From Vicinamibacteria bacterium (GTDB taxonomy: Bacteria; Acidobacteriota; Vicinamibacteria; Vicinamibacterales; CAVVIG01): a DNA stretch of 40,821 nucleotides. The stretch covers positions 1 through 40,821 of the forward strand of contig JBGPJH010000001.1 in assembly GCA_041485305.1 (NCBI GenBank). The letters run 5' to 3'. Positions 1 through 6,310 of this stretch are shown here, in pieces; the first letter of the stretch is position 1; every line of letters starts with the position of its first letter. The notes under the pieces are model-generated. The model was not told the DNA's origin, ran no database searches, and was given only the letters and a program-made list of their open reading frames with translations. A program made the translations under genes and the position numbers.

Positions 1-396
1 AGCGCGCTCGGGGGCCGTCCCGTCGTGCTGGCCTTTTTTCCTGCGGCGTTCAGTTCCGTGTGCACCAAGGAGCTCTGCACGTTTCGCGACCAACTCGCCC
101 GGCTGAACCAGCTACGCGCGCAAGTCCTCGGCATCAGTGTCGATACGTTTTTTGCCCTCAAGGCGTTTCACGCCGATCAGAAGCTCACGTTTCCCCTGCT
201 GAGCGACTTCAATAAGCAGGTCATCCGGGACTACGGCGTCTTCAACGAGGACATGATCGGATTAAAAGGCATTGCGAAACGCGCCGTGTTCGTGATCGAC
301 AAAGACGGCACCGTTCGCCATCGTGAGGTGCTCGACGACGCCCGCAACGAACCGGACTACGACAGAGTCTTCGCGAGCCTGCGCTCGATCGGCTAG
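1..396 (+). CDS. Peroxiredoxin / AhpC-TSA (redoxin) family protein, 5'-truncated by the window edge
   Basis: Frame 1 is open from base 1 (ORF track lists 25..396). The motif FFPAAFSSVCTKELC resembles the peroxidatic-Cys region of Prx/Bcp-type thiol peroxidases. VFVIDKDGTV is typical of the thioredoxin-fold family. Confidence 0.75.
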   Translation, partial: SALGGRPVVLAFFPAAFSSVCTKELCTFRDQLARLNQLRAQVLGISVDTFFALKAFHADQKLTFPLLSDFNKQVIRDYGVFNEDMIGLKGIAKRAVFVIDKDGTVRHREVLDDARNEPDYDRVFASLRSIG

Positions 397-425
397 AGGC
401 CTGGACGCTTCGACCTGGGGAGCCC

Positions 426-454
426 TTGCCCTGCGACCACGTTTATGCTAGATT
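426..454 (+). promoter_or_regulatory. Candidate sigma70-type promoter of the arsR-ATPase operon (TTGCCC, 17 nt spacer, TAGATT)
   Basis: TTGCCC at 426-431 and TAGATT at 449-454, read directly. The -10 ends only 9 nt before the ATG at 464, so the leader would be very short or absent. Confidence 0.3.
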
Positions 455-486
455 CATGAATATATGAACATCTGCTCAGATATTCA
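452..486. promoter_or_regulatory. Candidate ArsR/SmtB operator made of nested TGAA/TTCA inverted repeats
   Basis: TGAACATCTGC|TCAGATATTCA (465-486) is an imperfect 22-bp palindrome with 9/11 arm matches. It is preceded by the perfect palindrome TTCATGAA (453-460). It resembles the TGAA-rich 12-2-12 operators of SmtB/CzrA/CadC-type repressors and overlaps the arsR start codon. Confidence 0.45.
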
Positions 487-925
487 TTACAACAACGCCG
501 GCCTCCTTGGCGACGACGCCGTCGCCGCCCTGGCCGAGACGTTCCGAGTGCTCGGAGACGCCACCCGCGTGCGGATTCTCGATGCAATCTCTCGCACCGA
601 GCTTTGCGTCGGGGACATCGCCGGGCTGCTCGGTCTGAGTGAATCGGCGGTGTCGCATCAACTCCGTGTGCTGCGGGGCATGCGGCTGGTGCGACCCCGG
701 CGGGCGGGCCAGCAGATCTTTTACGCCCTGGACGATCACCACATCGTCGGACTGTTCGAGCAGGGCCTGAGACACGTCCAAGAGCGGGGAACGGCCGCAT
801 TCCCGCTGCGCGAACGCGCCGCGACCGCTCAACTAGAGCCGGCACCGGCCCCGTCCGTTTCTGGACAAGGCGAAAGCGTACCGGCGTCCGGGCCGGGCGT
901 TGCGGTGTCGCGGGAGCGAGCGTGA
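464..925 (+). CDS. ArsR/SmtB family metalloregulatory transcriptional repressor
   Basis: Winged-HTH signature: FRVLGDATRVRILDAI...LCVGDIAGLLGLSESAVSHQLRVLRGMRLV. Its stop overlaps the start of the downstream metal ATPase (GTGATG at 922-927). Confidence 0.9.
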   Translation: MNICSDIHYNNAGLLGDDAVAALAETFRVLGDATRVRILDAISRTELCVGDIAGLLGLSESAVSHQLRVLRGMRLVRPRRAGQQIFYALDDHHIVGLFEQGLRHVQERGTAAFPLRERAATAQLEPAPAPSVSGQGESVPASGPGVAVSRERA

Positions 926-3060
926 TGCGGGCGCCCACCTGCTCGGTCTGCGAGCTGCACGCCGAATCGACGTTCCGCATCGAAGGGATGGACTGCCGCG
1001 AAGAAGTCGCGATGATCGAGCGGCGGTTCAAGCACCTCCGCGGCGTCGAGGGGTTCTCCGCTGACTTGATGGGGCAGCGGCTGCACGTGAAGTATGACGC
1101 CGCCAAGCTGTCGACGGCAGCGATTACGGCCGCAGTTGCCGATGCCGGCATGCGCGCATGGCTGGAGCATGAAGAACCGGTCGCCACCGGGGACAGAGGG
1201 GCCCGAAGGCGGATGCTGCTGCTGGCGCTGGCGGCTGGTGCGCTTGCCGGCGGAGGGGTCGCGACCTTGCTGGGCGCGCCGGTTCTCGTCAGCACCGTGC
1301 TCTTTGCCGCGTCGAGTGCGGCAGGCGCACCGCTGACGATGCGAAAGGCCTGGCAGGCGATCAAGCTTCGGTCGCTCGATATCAACGTGCTGATGCTCGT
1401 CGCCGCCTCAGGTGCGATCGCCCTCGGGCAGTGGTCGGAGGCGGCCGCCGTCGTGTTTCTGTTCGCGCTGGCGCAGGCCCTCGAAGCCCGCACGATTGAG
1501 CGAGCTCGGACGGCCGTCCGGGCGTTGATGGATCTCACTCCGGCCGAGGCGCTCGTGCACGATGAATCGGGCGAGCGCGTGATGCCGGTCGACGCGGTGT
1601 CGCTGGGCTCCCTCATCGTGATCAAGCCAGGCGAGAAAGTGCCGCTCGACGGAGAGGTCGTCTCCGGCGCGAGCGCCGTCAATCAGGCTCCTGTCACAGG
1701 GGAGTCCCTACCCATCGACAAGCGTGAGGGCGACGAGGTCTTCGCCGGGAGTATCAACGGACGCGGCGCGCTCGAGGTCCGCGTCACCCGGCGCAGGCGC
1801 GACACGACGCTCGCGCGAATCATCTACCTCGTCGAACAGGCTCAGGCGCAGCGGGCGCCCGCGCAGACGTTCGTCGACCGGTTCGCGAGTGTGTACACAC
1901 CGGCGGTCATCGCGCTGGCGGTCGTCCTTTTTCTGGTTCCGCCGCTCGCGTTCGGCGCTCTATGGCACACCTGGGCGTATCGGGCGCTGGTGCTGCTGGT
2001 GGTGTCCTGTCCCTGTGCGCTGGTCATCTCCACGCCGGTGTCGATCGTCGCTGCGCTGGCCGGAGCTGCCCGGAAAGGCGTGCTGATCAAGGGCGGAGCC
2101 CATCTCGAACGTGCCGGGCGCGTACGCTGCGTCGCGTTCGACAAGACCGGGACGCTGACGCGTGGCACGCCTGAAGTCGTGGCGGTCGTCACCGTGAACG
2201 GCACGCCGGCCAGTGCGGTCGTGGCGCTGGCGGCGTCGGTGGAACAACGCTCGGAGCACCCCATCGCGCAGGCGATCGTGAAATATGCGGAATCCTCGCG
2301 CATTCGGGTGACCGCCGCGGCGAATGTGGCGTCGCTGTCGGGGCGGGGGGTGGAGGGGAGCGTCGGCGGCGTGCAGGTCGTGCTGGGCAACCACCGCCTG
2401 TTCGAGGAGCGGAATCTGTGCTCTCCGGACATTCACGCGAGCCTCGACGAGCTGAACGCCCAGGGCCGGACACCCGTTCTTGTCGCGCGCGATGGCGAGG
2501 CGGTCGGCATCATCGCGTTGGCCGATGCGTTGCGCGAGACCGGGCGCCACACGATCGACCTCCTTCGGCGGGAAGGAATTGTCTCGCTGGTCATGTTGAC
2601 CGGCGACAGCGAAGGCACCGCCCGGGCAATTGCAATGGCGACCGGCGTTGACGAGTTCCGCGCGGAACTGATGCCCGAGGACAAAGTCGCTGCGGTCGAC
2701 GAACTTCGCCGCCGCTTTGGGCCCGTGGCGATGGTCGGCGACGGCATCAACGACGCTCCGGCGCTGGCCTCGGCCGATGTGGGAATCGTGATGGGAGCCG
2801 CCGGCAGCGACGCGGCACTCGAGACAGCGGATGTGGCCCTGATGGCCGACGAGCTGCTGAAGATTCCCTACGCGTTGCGCCTCAGTCGCGCGACGCTCAG
2901 GAATATCAAGATCAATCTGGCCATCTCCATCGTGATGAAAGCGGCGTTCATCGTCGCGGCGATCGCCGGAGTGGCCACGCTCTGGATGGCCGTCGTGGCC
3001 GATACCGGTGCGTCGGTCCTCGTCATTGCGAACGCGACAAGGCTGCTACGGACGGACTGA
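922..3060 (+). CDS. Heavy-metal translocating P1B-type ATPase (Zn2+/Cd2+/Pb2+ subgroup-like)
   Basis: Motifs seen: N-terminal HMA-like domain, TGES (VTGESLP), CPC in TM6 (SCPCALVISTP), DKTGTLT phosphorylation site, GDGINDAP hinge, a TM7 Lys (IVMKAAF) and TM8 ADTGAS, the last two typical of the P1B-2 subgroup. The start may be GTG 922 or ATG 925. Confidence 0.93.
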   Translation: MMRAPTCSVCELHAESTFRIEGMDCREEVAMIERRFKHLRGVEGFSADLMGQRLHVKYDAAKLSTAAITAAVADAGMRAWLEHEEPVATGDRGARRRMLLLALAAGALAGGGVATLLGAPVLVSTVLFAASSAAGAPLTMRKAWQAIKLRSLDINVLMLVAASGAIALGQWSEAAAVVFLFALAQALEARTIERARTAVRALMDLTPAEALVHDESGERVMPVDAVSLGSLIVIKPGEKVPLDGEVVSGASAVNQAPVTGESLPIDKREGDEVFAGSINGRGALEVRVTRRRRDTTLARIIYLVEQAQAQRAPAQTFVDRFASVYTPAVIALAVVLFLVPPLAFGALWHTWAYRALVLLVVSCPCALVISTPVSIVAALAGAARKGVLIKGGAHLERAGRVRCVAFDKTGTLTRGTPEVVAVVTVNGTPASAVVALAASVEQRSEHPIAQAIVKYAESSRIRVTAAANVASLSGRGVEGSVGGVQVVLGNHRLFEERNLCSPDIHASLDELNAQGRTPVLVARDGEAVGIIALADALRETGRHTIDLLRREGIVSLVMLTGDSEGTARAIAMATGVDEFRAELMPEDKVAAVDELRRRFGPVAMVGDGINDAPALASADVGIVMGAAGSDAALETADVALMADELLKIPYALRLSRATLRNIKINLAISIVMKAAFIVAAIAGVATLWMAVVADTGASVLVIANATRLLRTD

Positions 3061-3065
3061 GCTCT

Positions 3066-4409
3066 CTAGCGGTTCGTAGGGCCATCGGCTTCCGCGTCCC
3101 CGTGTTCGACCGGCGTCGAGATCCAGACTTTTGCGATCCGCAACCCGTCGAGCGAAGTAATGCGCAGGCGTCGGCCCTCGACCTCGATCACGTCGCCGAT
3201 GTGAGGACGGCGTCCGAGCCGGCCCATGACGTACCCGCCAAGAGTCGTGTACGTGTCCTCGTCGATGTGCACGCCGAACTGCTCGTTGATGTCGGCAACG
3301 AGCACCAAGCCATCGACCTCTGCCGATCCATCTTCCCGGACCACGATACGGCGGGTTCCGCGCCCCCCGAGATCGCCGACGATCCGCTCCATCAGCCACT
3401 CGAATGTCACAAGCCCGGCGGTGCCGCCGTACTCGTCGATCACGAGCGCTTCACGCGCGCCTCGCTGGCGCAACGCCGACAGCAGATCGTCGGCGGCCAT
3501 CGTCTCCGGCACAGTGAGTGCCTCGCGAGACATCGCGCCGGCGCTCGTGTCTCGCTGACCCGAGGCGAGCGCCTTCACGACGTCGATGACGTGCAGAATC
3601 CCGACCACATTGTCGAGATCCTCGCGATACACCGGCAGCGTTGAATAGCCCCCGCGGCTGATGTGGTTCAAGAGTGTGTCACCCGACTCGTCCGCCGAGA
3701 TCGCCACCAGCTCGGTGCGCGGAACCATCACCTGCCCGGCCGTGAGATCGGAGAACCCGAACACCCGGTGCAGCATCTGTTCCTCCTGCTCTTCGAGCAC
3801 TCCGGCTTCCTGACTGGCGGTTACGAGCATCTTCAGTTCTTCCTCCGAGTGAACCAGGGCCTGACCACCCGAGCCCTGAAGCCCAATCAGGCTCACGATC
3901 GCACGCCCCATGCCGTTCAGTAACGTGATAAACGGCCAGAACGCCCTCATGAACAATTCGGTCGGTTTGACGACGAGCAGGGCGGTGGCTTCCGATCGTT
4001 CGAGCGCTATCGTCTTCGGGGCAAGCTCACCAAGGGTGATGTGCAGAGCGGTCACAATCGCGAAGGCGAAGGCGACCGCAATACTGTGGGACGTCGCCTC
4101 GGCGAAGCCGGTCGGCAGGAACGTCAGCGCCGGCTGAAGGAGGGTGGCCAGCATAGGCTCGCCGATCCATCCCAGACCGATACTGGCCATCGTGATGCCG
4201 AGCTGTGTGGCGGCAATGTAGCGGTCGGGGTCCGATACGGCGCGGCGCACTGCCCGCGCCCCCCGGTGCCCCTCGGCAATCATCTGATCGATGCGCGTTT
4301 TTCTGACCGTCACGATGGAGAACTCGGCCGCAACGAAAAAGCCGTTGGCGAATACCAGAGCGAAGACGCCGACGAGGCGCCACAAGATGCCTCCGAGCGT
4401 GTGTTCCAT
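3066..4409 (-). CDS. CNNM/HlyC/CorC family transporter (DUF21 TM domain, CBS pair, CorC_HlyC domain)
   Basis: N-terminal TM region (WRLVGVFALVFANGFFVAAEFS), a CBS pair (VMVPRTELVAI...VVGILHVIDVV) and a C-terminal CorC_HlyC-like domain (VDGLVLVADINEQFG...YTTLGGYVMGRLGRRP). The start is set at the internal Met (MEHTLGG, 4409) because the upstream gene ends at 4418. Confidence 0.88.
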   Translation of the reverse strand: MEHTLGGILWRLVGVFALVFANGFFVAAEFSIVTVRKTRIDQMIAEGHRGARAVRRAVSDPDRYIAATQLGITMASIGLGWIGEPMLATLLQPALTFLPTGFAEATSHSIAVAFAFAIVTALHITLGELAPKTIALERSEATALLVVKPTELFMRAFWPFITLLNGMGRAIVSLIGLQGSGGQALVHSEEELKMLVTASQEAGVLEEQEEQMLHRVFGFSDLTAGQVMVPRTELVAISADESGDTLLNHISRGGYSTLPVYREDLDNVVGILHVIDVVKALASGQRDTSAGAMSREALTVPETMAADDLLSALRQRGAREALVIDEYGGTAGLVTFEWLMERIVGDLGGRGTRRIVVREDGSAEVDGLVLVADINEQFGVHIDEDTYTTLGGYVMGRLGRRPHIGDVIEVEGRRLRITSLDGLRIAKVWISTPVEHGDAEADGPTNR

Positions 4410-4417
4410 GGTTCGTC

Positions 4418-5137
4418 CTACGCTTTGCGGTTCGAAAAGAAGTGAGCGTCGACGAAATTGTCGATAGCAGTCTGGTTGGCAGGGTCGATCTGCTCGAACT
4501 GAACCCCCATGCCGACGCGGCGATCGCTCCACGCGATCCGTCCCTCCGCGCCGATGTCCGGCTTCGACCCGGGCAGACGAAACCGGACGTGGACCTGGGA
4601 TCCGACATCAAGCGGGCTCGTCGTCCGAATGGCAATGCCGCCGCGACCGAGATTCAGCGTGAGCGCGGCCGCGATCGTGTTGCCGTAGCGGTACTGAATC
4701 GGGATGCCCAGCACCACGCGCGGACCACTGCGCCGGTTGAAGGTGTCCGGGAACAGGTGCGGTGCGAGCGACGGCAAGATGTGCTGGACGGCGCTGTACT
4801 CGTTGACGTAGCCCGCCACGCCGAGCGACGCCAGCTCGCGCACCTCGTCCGCACCGGCGATCGTCCCGCTGAAAACCAGAATCGGGAGACGCCCATTGTC
4901 GAGTGTCCGAATGGACCGAATCAGCTCGACGCCCGCAGCATCTGGCAGGCGCATGTCGAGCACGACCAGGTCGATGTCTCCTGGCGCAGCCTTGAGCCGC
5001 GCGAGCAGGTCCCTCGCGGTCTCGACGGTAATCGCTCGATGGCCCGCGCCTTCGAGCGCCGCGCGAAAGCGATCGCGTACAAACGCCGTGTCATCAGCTA
5101 CGATGACCGTTCTTGCACTGACCGTGGTGCTGGCCAT
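4418..5137 (-). CDS. Response-regulator receiver domain fused to a PilZ domain (putative c-di-GMP binding)
   Basis: REC: VIVADD...DLVVLDMRLPD...ILVFSGT. PilZ: an RxxxR motif (RRSGPR), then NLGRGGIAI (a D/NxSxxG variant) and a C-terminal beta-barrel-like segment. Confidence 0.8.
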   Translation of the reverse strand: MASTTVSARTVIVADDTAFVRDRFRAALEGAGHRAITVETARDLLARLKAAPGDIDLVVLDMRLPDAAGVELIRSIRTLDNGRLPILVFSGTIAGADEVRELASLGVAGYVNEYSAVQHILPSLAPHLFPDTFNRRSGPRVVLGIPIQYRYGNTIAAALTLNLGRGGIAIRTTSPLDVGSQVHVRFRLPGSKPDIGAEGRIAWSDRRVGMGVQFEQIDPANQTAIDNFVDAHFFSNRKA

Positions 5138-5197
5138 CCGAGAAAGGTACCTATATAATCCCGTTTCTTATCGCGATCGAGTCTGCCGGGCGGATTC

Positions 5198-5212
5198 TGG
5201 CACGTCAACGGC
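5198..5212 (+). promoter_or_regulatory. Candidate sigma54 (-24/-12) promoter upstream of the LysW-like gene
   Basis: TGGCACG-TCAA-CGGC compared with the consensus TGGCACG-N4-TTGC. GG and GC have the correct 10-nt spacing. It lies 47 nt upstream of the ATG at 5259. Confidence 0.25.
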
Positions 5213-5258
5213 GCAAACGCCAGACCGATCCCCGGGAACCGACCTCGTCGAGGAGCGT

Positions 5259-5504
5259 ATGGCCACCTGCCCTGAGTGCGACGCCGAAATCGAAGTCGAT
5301 GAGTTCGATGTCGACAAGGGCGACCAGTTGAGTTGCCCGGAATGCGGCTCCAACCTCGAGGTGATCAGCATCTCGCCTGTCCAACTCGATCTCGTGCTCG
5401 ACGACGACGATGATGATGACGATGAGGACGAGGACGACGAAGATGTCGACGAAGATGCCGAGGACGAGGACGAGACCGACGACGACGAGGACATTGAAGA
5501 ATGA
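5259..5504 (+). CDS. LysW-like zinc-ribbon small protein with a poly-Asp/Glu C-terminal tail (81 aa)
   Basis: MATCPEC-x18-CPECGSNLEVISISPVQL matches the LysW/amino-group-carrier-protein zinc-ribbon pattern. A GAGGAG Shine-Dalgarno lies 5 nt upstream of the ATG at 5259. The last 34 residues include 30 Asp/Glu. The stop overlaps the next start (ATGA at 5501-5504). Confidence 0.7.
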   Translation: MATCPECDAEIEVDEFDVDKGDQLSCPECGSNLEVISISPVQLDLVLDDDDDDDDEDEDDEDVDEDAEDEDETDDDEDIEE

Positions 5505-6310
5505 CCGAGAAGGAACGCGCCCTGCGAGAGACACTCTCCTCGCTGAGTTCGGTGGTCGTCGCCTATAGTGGCGGCGTCGACAGCGCGTATCTCGCGTACA
5601 TCGCCAACGACACGTTGGGTCCGCAGGCGCTGGCCGTCACTGCCGACAGCCCAAGCTATCCCGAGCGCCACCGCCAGATGGCCGTGCAGATCGCGGAGCG
5701 GTTTCGCCTGCGCCATCAGATCATTCACACGCTGGAGCTGGAGCGGCCGGAGTATCGTGCGAATCCGGTCAATCGCTGTTACTACTGCAAACAGGAGCTG
5801 TACACCCACCTTGCGCGCATCGCGGTGGATCGGCGGGCGGTCGTTGTCGACGGCAACAACGCCGACGATCGCGGCGACTATCGGCCGGGACGCCAGGCCG
5901 CGCGGGAATTTGGCGTGCGCAGCCCTCTCGACGAAGCAGATCTGAGCAAAGAAGAGATCCGCGAGCTGTCGCGGAGCGTCGGCTTACCGACCTGGAACGA
6001 GCCCGCCTCGGCCTGTCTCTCGTCGCGCATCCCCTACCACAATGAGGTGACCGACGAAAAACTGCGCGTCATCGAACGCGCCGAGCAGGTGCTGCGGTCC
6101 CTGGGCTTCCGCGTGTGCCGTGTGCGTCATCACGACCTGCTTGCCCGGATCGAAATCGGCGTCGACGAACTGCCGCGCGCGCTCGAGCCCGAGGTCTCCG
6201 CGGCAATCGTCCGCGAGTTGAAGGCGATCGGTTACCGGCACGTGACACTCGACCTGCAGGGCTACCGTACCGGCAGTCTGAACGAGGGACTGCTGTTGCA
6301 CCCGGCGTGA
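5501..6310 (+). CDS. larE: PP-loop ATP pyrophosphatase, LarE / TIGR00268-like (putative sulfur transferase)
   Basis: PP-loop SGGVDS (VVVAYSGGVDSAYLAYIA). The conserved Cys loop SACLSSRIPY corresponds to the LarE catalytic Cys region. There is an additional CxxC (NRCYYCKQ). Confidence 0.8.
   Translation: MTEKERALRETLSSLSSVVVAYSGGVDSAYLAYIANDTLGPQALAVTADSPSYPERHRQMAVQIAERFRLRHQIIHTLELERPEYRANPVNRCYYCKQELYTHLARIAVDRRAVVVDGNNADDRGDYRPGRQAAREFGVRSPLDEADLSKEEIRELSRSVGLPTWNEPASACLSSRIPYHNEVTDEKLRVIERAEQVLRSLGFRVCRVRHHDLLARIEIGVDELPRALEPEVSAAIVRELKAIGYRHVTLDLQGYRTGSLNEGLLLHPA

Noticed and set aside
393-1682. A 429-aa ORF on the minus strand, antisense to arsR and the 5' part of the metal ATPase.
   Set aside because: It is fully antisense to two genes with strong family motifs. 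Its translation is Ser/Ala/Arg/Pro-rich low-complexity sequence, as expected for stop-poor alternative frames in GC-rich DNA. I recognised no motifs in it.
5400-5501. A GAY/GAR-rich simple-sequence tract that could be a microsatellite or non-coding repeat.
   Set aside because: It is in frame with the zinc-ribbon ORF, uses mixed Asp and Glu codons, and ends in a stop that overlaps the next gene's ATG. I treated it as a coding acidic tail and reported it as a finding.
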